A stretch of 49,661 bases of DNA from an uncultured Synergistales bacterium (lineage in GTDB: Bacteria > Synergistota > Synergistia > Synergistales > Aminobacteriaceae): the NCBI GenBank assembly GCA_937897575.1, contig CALCQG010000001.1, positions 1-49,661 on the forward strand, given 5' to 3'. A program made the position numbers and the translations under genes. Shown here piece after piece: positions 9,288-18,570 of the stretch; the first letter of the stretch is position 1; each line of letters starts with the position of its first letter. The notes below the pieces were generated by a model. The model saw only the letters and a program-made list of their open reading frames with translations, was not told the DNA's origin and ran no database searches.

Positions 9288-9316
9288 TTGCAAAGGCCGG
9301 ACGAGCAGGATATAAT
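9288..9316 (+). promoter_or_regulatory. tRNA promoter
   Basis: TTGCAA-17 nt-TATAAT, 18 nt upstream of the tRNA. Confidence 0.8.
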
Positions 9317-9334
9317 ACCTCATGTCTCGTTTCC

Positions 9335-9410
9335 GGGCGATTAGCTCAGCGGAAGTAGCGCTTCCTTCACACGGAAGAGGTCACTGGTTCGATCCCAGTA
9401 TCGCCCACCA
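9335..9410 (+). tRNA. tRNA-Val (anticodon CAC)
   Basis: Cloverleaf: acceptor GGGCGAT/ATCGCCC, anticodon arm CTTCC-TTCACAC-GGAAG, T arm ACTGG-TTCGATC-CCAGT, encoded CCA. Confidence 0.96.
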
Positions 9411-9423
9411 AGCAAACACAGGG

Positions 9424-9455
9424 GTTCCGGCGTTTTCGCCGGGACTTTTCCTTTT
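9424..9455 (+). terminator. tRNA terminator
   Basis: CCGGCG-TTTT-CGCCGG stem followed by ACTTTTCCTTTT. Confidence 0.6.
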
Positions 9456-10115
9456 AGTCTTTCCTCCATATTTCATCCATTTGGGAGAGGTTCGTCCTGA
9501 AACCATAAAATGAGAGGACTTTTTTTGCCTTCGAAAGGACGACCCCGTCATCCGCGACGCCATCATACGAGCGGCCAGACATCGATGACAGCGAGCCCTG
9601 GGTGCATACCGACGATATTGCCTCGAACAGCGTGTCCATCGCGCTCGAAGAGGACGAGCGCATATCGAGCGCGATTCTTCGCAGATGAAGCTGAAAAACG
9701 AGACGATCTTTTTCTCTGCGGCCGGAGAGGTGAACGCTCACGGCGATACGATGCGTCACCCTCCGGTCGCAGAGTGTTTGCTTGGCCGGACTGCTACAAA
9801 CTTCTTCAGGAAGAGGAACTCAATGTTCTCATGCTGTCTTTCAAGGGTACGGAGTGCTCGCGGTCCTCGAGACTTTCGACCACTCGTTCCGTGCAGAACC
9901 GCCCGGCATGCCTCTTTGCGACCGATCTTCGCTCCTTGAGAAAGCAACAGTGTGAGCATACATCGGCACTTTGACAGCAACGGGGTTCCATGTTAGATTG
10001 TCGGTCGTACAACTGAATAGCTCATTGGCTTGTTCTTTGCCGCCGGGTAAAGACATTAAGCGCCGGACTTCATATCGTTAGGCCGTTGAAGATATGAAGA
10101 CCCGGCGCTTTTATT

Positions 10116-11480
10116 GTGAGAAGAGGTTTGTCCGTGGTGCTCAAACAGCTGCTCTGCTTTCACGAATTCGTCACGTACTCCGCCCTGAACGTCCTGGGGA
10201 TGATGGGTCTGTCCTGCTACATTCTGGCGGACACCTTCTTCGTGGCCCTAGGACTCGGGGCGGACGGGCTGGCCGCCCTGAACCTCGCCATCCCGATCTA
10301 CAGCTTCATTCACGGCGCCGGCCTCATGTTCGGCATGGGAGGCGCCATCCAGTACTCGATTTTAAAGAGCAGAGGGGATGCGAAGGGAGCGAATCGGGTC
10401 TACACCAGGACTCTTTTGCTCGCCCTCGGTCTTGCCGGCCTGTTCTTCGTCCTCGGCATCCTTTGGTCAGGAGCTCTCGCGACTATGCTGGGGGCCGACG
10501 AGAACGTCTTCGCCATGACCAGGACCTATATCCAGGTGCTGCTGCTCTTCGCCCCGATGTTCATGGTCAACAACGTGCTCTTGTGCTTCGTTCGGAACGA
10601 CGGGGCCCCTCAGCTCGCCATGATGGCGATGGTCGGAGGCAGCCTCTCCAACATTCTGCTGGACTATATCTTCATCTTCCCTCTCGGGATGGGCATCTTC
10701 GGCGCCGTCCTGGCTACCGGACTGGCCCCGATCATCAGCATGGCCATCCTCGCACCTTTTTTCGCACGGGGGCGAAACCGATTTCATCTTGCACGGGGTC
10801 CCCTGCCGGCGAGAAGAGCGGGAGCCATAGTCTCCGGCGGAGTGCCGTCCCTGATCGCGGAGGTATCATCGGGCATCGTGATGATCGTCTTCAACGGGAT
10901 CATCCTGCGCCTCGAGGGCAACACGGGCGTCGCCGCCTACGGAGTCATCGCGAACCTGTCGCTGGTGGTCCTCTCCATCTTCACCGGGATTGCCCAGGGC
11001 ATTCAACCTCTTGTCAGCCGGAATCACGGCATGGGGAACGGACCCGCCGTGCAGGCCATCCTTCGCTACGCCCTGATTACAACGATTTCGACGGCGATCG
11101 GCATCTACGGCATCGTTTTTTTCGGGGCGGCGCCCATTGCCGGGATATTCAACAGCGAGCGGAATGCCCTGCTGCACGGCATCGCTGTGGAAGGGCTGAG
11201 GATCTACTTCATCGCCGGGGCCTTCGCCGGATGGAACATCATCCTGTCCGCCTACTTCGCGTCCATGGAGCTCCCGCGCCCGGCGCACATCATCGCCGTC
11301 CTGCGGGGCTTCCTCCTCGTGATACCCATGGCCTTCCTGCTCTCCATCCTTGGTGGTATGCGGGGTGTATGGTGCGCCTTCCCCGCGACGGAGGCCATCG
11401 TGGCGGGAGTTGGATGGGTGCTTCTTCGCGTCACCCGGACGATCATCGGAGGACGGTACGCTCCGCCGTCGGAGGACTGA
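10116..11480 (+). CDS. MATE family efflux transporter (true start may be a few codons downstream)
   Basis: YILADTFFV...GLAALNLAIP, FVRNDGAP, NILLDYIFIF, GIFGAVLAT, GIAQGIQP; about 12 hydrophobic segments. Confidence 0.93.
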   Translation: MRRGLSVVLKQLLCFHEFVTYSALNVLGMMGLSCYILADTFFVALGLGADGLAALNLAIPIYSFIHGAGLMFGMGGAIQYSILKSRGDAKGANRVYTRTLLLALGLAGLFFVLGILWSGALATMLGADENVFAMTRTYIQVLLLFAPMFMVNNVLLCFVRNDGAPQLAMMAMVGGSLSNILLDYIFIFPLGMGIFGAVLATGLAPIISMAILAPFFARGRNRFHLARGPLPARRAGAIVSGGVPSLIAEVSSGIVMIVFNGIILRLEGNTGVAAYGVIANLSLVVLSIFTGIAQGIQPLVSRNHGMGNGPAVQAILRYALITTISTAIGIYGIVFFGAAPIAGIFNSERNALLHGIAVEGLRIYFIAGAFAGWNIILSAYFASMELPRPAHIIAVLRGFLLVIPMAFLLSILGGMRGVWCAFPATEAIVAGVGWVLLRVTRTIIGGRYAPPSED

Positions 11481-11544
11481 AAGAGCGGACTCCGGAGAGA
11501 AGAGCGGCGTGAGATGACCAGTCCGGTAAGAATCCGGAGTGTTG

Positions 11545-12626
11545 TTTACAGTTTCTCGAGGTAAAATACTCGAGCAATTCCTCTCCCCGAGTCAGATTTT
11601 CTATTCCCTTGTGAGGTTCCACCCAATTATACCAGTTTACGAACCTTCTTGGGCTCATTCTTCTGGTGAACACTCGACTGGAGTGCCGTCTTTCCGCTCC
11701 TTCACCACAAGGGACAAAGGCACACGTGCTACTTCTCCATGATTGTCTGGATGGCCCGATTGACGTCTCGTTTGTCCGGGGCGTCCGTCTTTGGTCGGGT
11801 AAACTCTGTTCTATTTCCGCCTCCCAGCACGTCGTCATGAAGACATGAGCTCCGGGAGAACCAGTGTACTCCCTCCCATTGTCCGTATAGTACACCTCTA
11901 TGGTGTAGGACACTGCCTCCAGGACTTGACTAGAAAGTGACTGGCCGAGGTGGACGTCTTGTCGGCGAGTATGGTTGCATAGAACTCTCTGCTGTCTCTA
12001 CAGGGATTGCGATTCGCACGCTTCACTCCGGGCCCTCGCTCCGCTTTGGAGAGTAACTGACACAAACGATACTGCCGTTTCGGTCATCTACTATGAGCGG
12101 TTCTCTGCTGAAGTCAGCTATCGCTACAAAGAGATACTCTCTCGGGCCTGTTGTCTGTTGACCCTTGAGCAGCGAAAGGTGTTTCGTATCGCTGTGGACC
12201 ATCTGCCCAGGGTAGTCTTGAGTCACCTTTGTTTCGTTCGGTATAAGCGACTGACTCGCGCCCTCTCGCAGTGTTGCTCAGGATAGCGACCCGCACATTA
12301 TACTGCGTTTCGCGGCTCGCAACTATCACTTCGTAACGCCGGTCATCTGTTTATACTGTTTTGTCTCCTGCTTCAATCGCTCTTCTAGCCCCCTTTCTAC
12401 CCTCGCAAGGCAGCGAAGTTCTCACTGAAGGGCGCCATAAATGTTCTCGGGGATCGTGAAGTCTCTTTATTTCCCACAGGCAAGAATCTTGCAGAACGTA
12501 GGACGAGAGACGTGGTACAGGTCGGCCAAGTCACTGACCTTGATGTGTTGATTGTGGTGTCTAGTGTAATTTTCCTCTCTAGAAGCGAGGACTGAGTCGA
12601 GTTCTTTTGTGGGTATTCATGGCCAT
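11545..12626 (-). pseudogene. IS481-family DDE transposase pseudogene
   Basis: Fragments MNTHKRTRLSP, KVSDLADLYHVSRPT, DYPGQMVHSDTK, EYLFVAIADFSRE-FYATILADKT, IEVYYTDNGREY, FVNWYNWVEPHKGI, broken by stops, frameshifts and insertions. Confidence 0.88.
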
Positions 12627-12674
12627 TTACACGAACCTTCTATCCTTTCCAAAGGATAGAAGGTTCGTGTAAAT
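12625..12674. repeat. perfect 24-bp inverted repeat at the IS end upstream of the transposase
   Basis: ATTTACACGAACCTTCTATCCTTT-CC-AAAGGATAGAAGGTTCGTGTAAAT. Confidence 0.95.
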
Positions 12675-12711
12675 AACGCTACAAGATCTTTCAGTTAGAG
12701 ATTCGAATATA

Positions 12712-13473
12712 CTATGCTACTGGATAAAATTTGTGATCCAACACCGCTATATCGTGCCCTGGAATAATTTTCGCTCCAAGTTTTGACACCTTCCAACTGC
12801 TATGAAAAGCAGCCTCGAGATTTAAACTCAACATGCTCGGTAAAACCGAGCCATCTTCATTGATATTGTCATAAAGAGGGTACGCGTCACTTCCTAGAAA
12901 ATACAACCCGTCATTTGTTGTGACCGCAACACCTTGTATTCCTGCACTATGTCCAGGAATTAGAAGGACCTTGATGCCGGGTAATATTTCTGTGTCCCCA
13001 TAGAGAAAGTTCCATTTTAGAGGTTGTTGAGCCCAAGGAGGAACTGTTCCAATGTTGAAGGATTGATATGTTTTCGCAAAACGGGGCACAGGGTTGATTG
13101 AATCTATTACTTCTGTCATCTGTACATAAAACTCAGCGTTCGGGAAAAGATGGCAATTGCACGCATGATCCCAATGTAGATGAGTAAGTATTACAATGTC
13201 AATTTCTTCCGAGCTCACTCCTGTAGCCATCTTGAGTGCTATCGTAGGTTCTTCTTCTGGTTTCCGCGTGTAAGTCTTACTATGGAATTTAATCATATCG
13301 GCACTTGCAGGATCGCCACCTCCAGTATCTACTAATACTTTTTTATCTGCCCCATCTATGTAAAAAATTATATGGGGAATATCAATGGGAGTATCTCCTG
13401 CACCAGGACCGTTAAGATACGATTTAGACCATAATTCATTGCCAACTTTTATTGGGAATATACGCAAATTCAT
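12712..13473 (-). CDS. N-acyl homoserine lactonase-family MBL-fold metallohydrolase
   Basis: VLVDTG, THLHWDH (HxHxDH), PGHSAG, SDAYPLY, PGHD; start set at ATG 13473 (AAGGAGG). Confidence 0.85.
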   Translation of the reverse strand: MNLRIFPIKVGNELWSKSYLNGPGAGDTPIDIPHIIFYIDGADKKVLVDTGGGDPASADMIKFHSKTYTRKPEEEPTIALKMATGVSSEEIDIVILTHLHWDHACNCHLFPNAEFYVQMTEVIDSINPVPRFAKTYQSFNIGTVPPWAQQPLKWNFLYGDTEILPGIKVLLIPGHSAGIQGVAVTTNDGLYFLGSDAYPLYDNINEDGSVLPSMLSLNLEAAFHSSWKVSKLGAKIIPGHDIAVLDHKFYPVA

Positions 13474-13805
13474 TGATATAGCCTCCTTATTGAGAATTAA
13501 CATTAGATTTATGAACTCATCGTGTGTTAAAATAGAGCAACATGAAATAAAATTAAACATTTAAACAACCTTAGAGCTCCTACATATCCCTCCTGTTGTT
13601 TGTAGAATAGACCTTATATAGTGCAAAGCCCATCTTTGCAGTACTTAGCCCACAATAACGATGTACGAAAGAGGTGTTTTACAGCTAAATACGGCTTTCC
13701 TTTTTCTCCGTGACTTAGAGTGGAAGTAATTGCTTTGTTTTTATCGTACGAATCCAAAACATCATAAGGAGCTATTCAGAGATGTCTTAGATTGAGACGC
13801 AATTC

Positions 13806-15077
13806 TTATAACCACAACATCGGCACATAAGTAATAATAAAAATCCCCACAATACCCGCTATTACGAAAGGCATCACTTCCCGATAAATGGATTCCAATT
13901 TTACTGTTTTATCAAGGCCAGAAGCCACAAACAAACACCCTCCGAAAGGAGGAGTGATCGTACCCAACGATAGATTTATGCCCGCGATTATCCCTAAATG
14001 AGTTAAATTAACATCCAACTTGAGTGCAATCGGGAGAACAAGTGGGATTATAAGAAGAAGAGTAGTACTGATATCAACAAACATTCCCGCAATTAGGAAG
14101 ACAATATTGATGAAAAGGAGAAACATCATTTTGCTATGTATAAAGTCTGTTAACAACGTAGTAATGCGCTGTGGAAAACCCTGAATTGTTAACACCCATC
14201 CAAAAAATGTTGCGCAGGTAATTAAGAACATGATTGCAGCACTTGCTATTGTGGCATTAAGTACTGCTTTAAATAACGTTCTCAGAGTTAATTCTTTGTA
14301 AATAAACATCCCGACAAAGAAAGCGTAGCCACATGCAACGGCTGCTGATTCTGTAGGAGAAAATATGCCGGAATAAATTCCTCCGAGAATGATAACTGGA
14401 GTAAGTAGAGCCCACACGCTCTCCGATATTGCTTTACTCGAATTTTCTTCCTTTACGACATTATGTTTCTTTGCCATTCCTCGTTTTACAATCACAAAAT
14501 ATCCAGTTATACAATATAAAAAACAAATAAGAATCCCAGGGATTATAATATAAATAAATAAGTCCCCAACAGAAGTATTTGCTAAGGCCCCATATAAAAC
14601 TAGTGGTATTGATGGAGGTATCATCGTTCCCAAGGTTCCTCCAACTGCTTGAACCGAAAGAGCAAAGTCTTTTTCATATGCGTCATCCTTAAGCATTTCG
14701 GGATACATAACGCTTCCGATGGCTGCCGTTGTTGCAAGTGCGGATCCTGAAAGTGCTCCGAAAAAAGCACAGGTGACAAATGTAATCAGAGTAAGACTAC
14801 CACGCAGTTCTGATAAAAACTTTTTAGCCAAACTTACAAGACGCTTCGATATGCCTCCCTGAAGCATCAATTCGCCTGCCACCATAAAAAAAATTATAGC
14901 CATTAACGGGAATGAATCGGAACCGACAAATAACTTCTGAGGCAAAACTATTAAATTTATCTCCCCCTCAAGAAGCAATGCTAGAACCGCAGCCATTCCC
15001 ATACTAACTGCAATAGGAACACCCAGAAGCATGAAAAGACACATTCCTCCAATGAGGATCGCGCCGTCAAATCCCAT
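13806..15077 (-). CDS. dctM: TRAP transporter large permease
   Basis: DSFPLMAIIFF, FFGALSGSALAT, MIPPSIP, GIFSPTESAA, ITPPFG motifs. Confidence 0.94.
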   Translation of the reverse strand: MGFDGAILIGGMCLFMLLGVPIAVSMGMAAVLALLLEGEINLIVLPQKLFVGSDSFPLMAIIFFMVAGELMLQGGISKRLVSLAKKFLSELRGSLTLITFVTCAFFGALSGSALATTAAIGSVMYPEMLKDDAYEKDFALSVQAVGGTLGTMIPPSIPLVLYGALANTSVGDLFIYIIIPGILICFLYCITGYFVIVKRGMAKKHNVVKEENSSKAISESVWALLTPVIILGGIYSGIFSPTESAAVACGYAFFVGMFIYKELTLRTLFKAVLNATIASAAIMFLITCATFFGWVLTIQGFPQRITTLLTDFIHSKMMFLLFINIVFLIAGMFVDISTTLLLIIPLVLPIALKLDVNLTHLGIIAGINLSLGTITPPFGGCLFVASGLDKTVKLESIYREVMPFVIAGIVGIFIITYVPMLWL

Positions 15078-15573
15078 TTGTACCACCTACTTTTTCTGAC
15101 GGTTTCGATATTGCCTCTTCAACAAACCCCTTTATGGCGTAGAACAATCCCATCAGTCCTCCAATAGGCAGTGGCAGGTAAACGATGGCAAAAGAAATTC
15201 TAGTAGTAGATGCCAACTGTTTGACCGCTTGCCTAGAGAGTTTCGCTCCATAGTAAAAAATGAGAGCAAAGAAAATTATCTGGATCAAATTTTGGAAAAG
15301 ACGAAGCAGTTTACCTATAATCGGATATCGATCTGAATAATCCGTTAATATTGATATCGTAGTAAAAGCTTTTGATTTTGAAACAGCAGCTATTCCTAGC
15401 ATGATTATGGCAACATGTAAGTATCTCATAGTTTCTTCGGTCCATGAAATTGACCAACCAAGAAGATACCTGGCCAAAACTTGGTACATACCCAGAATAG
15501 TGACGATTAAAGTTAGTGAGACAAGAAAAATATTATAGAATTTCTCAAACGTACCCCATATCTTATTACTCAT
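15067..15573 (-). CDS. dctQ: TRAP transporter small permease
   Basis: Four hydrophobic segments, QVLARY...SWTEETMRY; lies between dctP and dctM. Confidence 0.9.
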   Translation of the reverse strand: MSNKIWGTFEKFYNIFLVSLTLIVTILGMYQVLARYLLGWSISWTEETMRYLHVAIIMLGIAAVSKSKAFTTISILTDYSDRYPIIGKLLRLFQNLIQIIFFALIFYYGAKLSRQAVKQLASTTRISFAIVYLPLPIGGLMGLFYAIKGFVEEAISKPSEKVGGTNGI

Positions 15574-15615
15574 TTGATTATCTCCTTTAAAAAATACTTC
15601 TTCCTAGGCCTTGGT

Positions 15616-15667
15616 AGAGGTATGAATCCAGAGGATGCAAAAATGCATCCTCTGGATTCATACCTCT
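15616..15667. repeat. perfect 24-bp stem-loop between dctP and dctQ
   Basis: AGAGGTATGAATCCAGAGGATGCA-AAAA-TGCATCCTCTGGATTCATACCTCT. Confidence 0.93.
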
Positions 15668-15672
15668 TATTA

Positions 15673-16695
15673 TTATTTCATTTTTGTGATCCTTTCTATC
15701 CAAATGCCGTATTTATCTTTGTATTTATCATGAATGGGTTGGACTTTTTCGATAAAAGCGTTGTTGTCATAATCTTCAGGGCCTATGACTGACATTTTTC
15801 CGGTTTCCTGGCAACGACGCGCTTGGTCTAGATCTTGCGCAAGGGCATCTGGAAAATGAAGTTCTAATGCATCTTTGACTGCCTGTTGAATTTTTTCGCG
15901 GTCTTCTTTGGGGAGTTTCTCCCAATAGGGTTTATTAACTATAATCACGGAAGGCACGACAAACATTCTTAGCTGTGTGGCATATTTTTGTACTTCGTAA
16001 AGCTTCGAACCGTACATTCCAGCTATTGGAGCGGAGACACCATCAACAGTTTTCTGCTGCAAGCCAGTATAAACTTCGGTCCAGTTCATCGGTATTGCTT
16101 TTCCACCCAGAAAGTTTATTGTTTCTATCTGTACGGGAGAATCCATTGTTCGTATTTTAAGGTTTTGCAAATCTTCTGGCTTTGTGACGGGAAGCTTATT
16201 GTTGGACAACGAAAAGAGTCCGTTTACCCCCATACCCAAGCAAACGAGGTTATGTGATTCTAAGGTAGCGCCAATATCTGTTACGATATCGCTTCTTAAG
16301 ACTTTTAGAAAGTGCTCATAGCTAGTGAAGAGGTAAGGTAACTCAAAAACGTTGAAAACATCGGATATGTTACAGATATAGGAATTCATCACCACACCAA
16401 ATTTATAAATACCGTTGGAAACTCCCTCAAGAGTATCTCGTTCCCCGCCGAGTTGTCCACTATGATATAGTTCTAGTTTATATCGTCCTTCGGTAGCAGC
16501 GGTTATCTTCTCGTTTAAAAAAATTAACATCTGCCACACAGGATGATTAACTCCCTCAGAGATGATTGCCGTGCTACCACATTTCCAGATTGTTGGCTCG
16601 TCCCCTGCATATGCCATGCCGTTTATAATAGATGTATGAACTAGAATATTCCCAATTACAGTGAAAACAATCAAAAATGTGGTTATCCGTTTCAT
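15673..16695 (-). CDS. dctP: TRAP transporter substrate-binding protein
   Basis: Signal peptide from ATG 16695 (AGGAGG), GQLGGERD, FELPYLF, LKIRTM, EVYTGLQQKTVDG, LYEVQKY. Confidence 0.93.
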   Translation of the reverse strand: MKRITTFLIVFTVIGNILVHTSIINGMAYAGDEPTIWKCGSTAIISEGVNHPVWQMLIFLNEKITAATEGRYKLELYHSGQLGGERDTLEGVSNGIYKFGVVMNSYICNISDVFNVFELPYLFTSYEHFLKVLRSDIVTDIGATLESHNLVCLGMGVNGLFSLSNNKLPVTKPEDLQNLKIRTMDSPVQIETINFLGGKAIPMNWTEVYTGLQQKTVDGVSAPIAGMYGSKLYEVQKYATQLRMFVVPSVIIVNKPYWEKLPKEDREKIQQAVKDALELHFPDALAQDLDQARRCQETGKMSVIGPEDYDNNAFIEKVQPIHDKYKDKYGIWIERITKMK

Positions 16696-16744
16696 TCCGC
16701 AACTCCTCCTTTTTATTATTTGGCAAGACAACAAGAATACCCTT

Positions 16745-17503
16745 TTACGAATCCCTGTACTCATTGATCAAATCTTTAAAGGCCTTGCCAATGATGACTT
16801 CATCAGGACCAACAGTGAAAACCTTACAACCTAACGCAAACAATTCATTCATACTTTTTTTATTTCCAACCATTAAAGCTGCCTGTTTCCCGTGTTTAAT
16901 GGCCTTATCCAGAATTAGTTTTTCAAAATCAATAACTCTTGGATCCGTTGATTTACCTGGTATTCCGAGAGACTGAGAAATATCTGCCTTCCCAGAGGCA
17001 AGCATATCGACCCCCTCCATTGATGCAATTTCATCAAGACATTCAGTGGCCCTGACGTCTTCAATCTGTACAGTAAGCGAAACTATATCGTTGGCAACAC
17101 CTACATATTTTCCATAATTTTCTTCTCCGCTGGTTTTAACGCAACGGCCTATGGGGAACATCCCGCGTGCTCCAAATGGATAGAACTTCGTTGCCATAAC
17201 AGCTTCTCGAGCACGACGTACATCATTAACATCAGGCACTACGATGCCATTCACACCAAAATCCAGAAGCTTTGTGACATCATGTAAATTTGAGACCCTT
17301 ACTTGACAATACATTCCTATTAAAGTTGCCACACGCACTAGTTCCCTTAATTCAGAATATGATAAAAGCGCGTGCTCATAATCTATTCGTATAAAATCAA
17401 AACCGGCCTGGTCTGCGAATTCAACAACACTAGGGTCAGAACTTGAGATATACAAACCAATTACAGGACCATTCTTTTTCAGAAGTTCTTTAATAGATCT
17501 CAT
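16745..17503 (-). CDS. HpcH/HpaI-family class II 2-keto-acid aldolase
   Basis: GFDFIRIDYEH, QVRV, YPFGARG, VQIED, GKADISQSLG. Confidence 0.88.
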   Translation of the reverse strand: MRSIKELLKKNGPVIGLYISSSDPSVVEFADQAGFDFIRIDYEHALLSYSELRELVRVATLIGMYCQVRVSNLHDVTKLLDFGVNGIVVPDVNDVRRAREAVMATKFYPFGARGMFPIGRCVKTSGEENYGKYVGVANDIVSLTVQIEDVRATECLDEIASMEGVDMLASGKADISQSLGIPGKSTDPRVIDFEKLILDKAIKHGKQAALMVGNKKSMNELFALGCKVFTVGPDEVIIGKAFKDLINEYRDS

Positions 17504-17518
17504 AATAGCTCCTCTCCT

Positions 17519-18496
17519 TTATTTATAAATTTCTGGATTTTTAAGTCCAATAGGTTTTTTACCGTCTTCAAGGTCAATAAGATTGTCAATTGCAGCCTTA
17601 ACCACACGATTCTTACCTTCAACCGAAGTCCCTGCGTTATGTGCAGAGGTTAGTATGTTATCAAGTTTGAGAAGAGGATTGTTGGGATTTATGGGTTCAT
17701 CTATGAAAACGTCAATTCCAGCTCCAAAAATTTTTTTATTTCTTAATGCTTCGTAAAGGGCAACTTCATCAATAATTCCCCCACGAGCAGTATTTATTAG
17801 AACAGCCGTCGGTTTCATTTTTTCGAACTCTCGTGTAGAAATCATGTTTACAGTCTCAGGAGTTTTCGGAAGATGAAGACTAATAAAATCAGACGTCCTC
17901 AGTAATTCATCAATTGATACAAATGCAATGCCGTGTTCTTGTGCGTATTTTTCATCAGGATATGGATCATACGACACCACCTTCATGTCAAAGCCGCTGG
18001 TCAGTTTTGCAAGTTGTTTCCCAATTTGTCCCATACCCAGTATTCCTATCGTTTTACGATAAAGAGAGTAGCCATTTACTCGTTCCCACTTTCCACTCCG
18101 TACAATGTCATCACACTGCGTGAGTTGTCGTGCAATGGCAAGGATCATCGCAAAAGCATGCTCTGCTACGGTTTCTGCTCCGGCTCCAGGAGTTACTGTA
18201 ACGGCAATACCCCGCCTTGTAGCCTCAGCAATATCGACCGTATCATATCCCACTCCAATACGAGAAATAACTCTTAGTTTATCGGCGTACGACATCGCTC
18301 GAGCACTCCATCTATCCGCACCGCATACGTGTGCATATATTCCAGGAGCACGCTCAATAACATCTTCTTCAGTTAGCGAGTTTGTCTTGGGGTCAAGGAT
18401 GACTTCAAATCCTCTTTCTTCCAATTTTTTCACGTAAGAATCAAATTCCGTTACGAATGAAATCGGCCAAGGCTGAGTAATTAAAACTTTTTTCAT
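17519..18496 (-). CDS. D-isomer-specific 2-hydroxyacid dehydrogenase (phosphoglycerate dehydrogenase-like)
   Basis: SRIGVGYD, VAEHA, GILGMGQIG, SLHLP, INTARG, DVFIDEP, SAHNAG. Confidence 0.92.
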   Translation of the reverse strand: MKKVLITQPWPISFVTEFDSYVKKLEERGFEVILDPKTNSLTEEDVIERAPGIYAHVCGADRWSARAMSYADKLRVISRIGVGYDTVDIAEATRRGIAVTVTPGAGAETVAEHAFAMILAIARQLTQCDDIVRSGKWERVNGYSLYRKTIGILGMGQIGKQLAKLTSGFDMKVVSYDPYPDEKYAQEHGIAFVSIDELLRTSDFISLHLPKTPETVNMISTREFEKMKPTAVLINTARGGIIDEVALYEALRNKKIFGAGIDVFIDEPINPNNPLLKLDNILTSAHNAGTSVEGKNRVVKAAIDNLIDLEDGKKPIGLKNPEIYK

Positions 18497-18570
18497 TACG
18501 AACACCCCCTGATATTTAAAATATCGTCGATATGTTATTAATATATTTTTATATTATTATAATAGACATA

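Larger units (their letters stand above)
11525..12693 (-). mobile_element. degenerate IS481-family insertion sequence
   Basis: Imperfect 26-bp terminal inverted repeats (11525-11550 GGTAAGAATCCGGAGTGTTGTTTACA vs reverse complement of 12668-12693 TGAAAGATCTTGTAGCGTTATTTACA, 17/26 by hand) enclosing transposase fragments. Confidence 0.85.

Noticed and set aside
12287..12349. Hammerhead-like pattern on the minus strand of the IS inserts (AGAUGA...CGAAAC...GUC)
   Set aside because: Core reads CAGAUGA or UAGAUGA rather than CUGAUGA, and stems I and III do not close properly; not callable without cmsearch.
13580..13594. AGGAGG followed by ATG-TAG start-stop on the minus strand between dctM and the lactonase
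   Set aside because: Short SD spacing and no supporting evidence; could be chance or a gene remnant.
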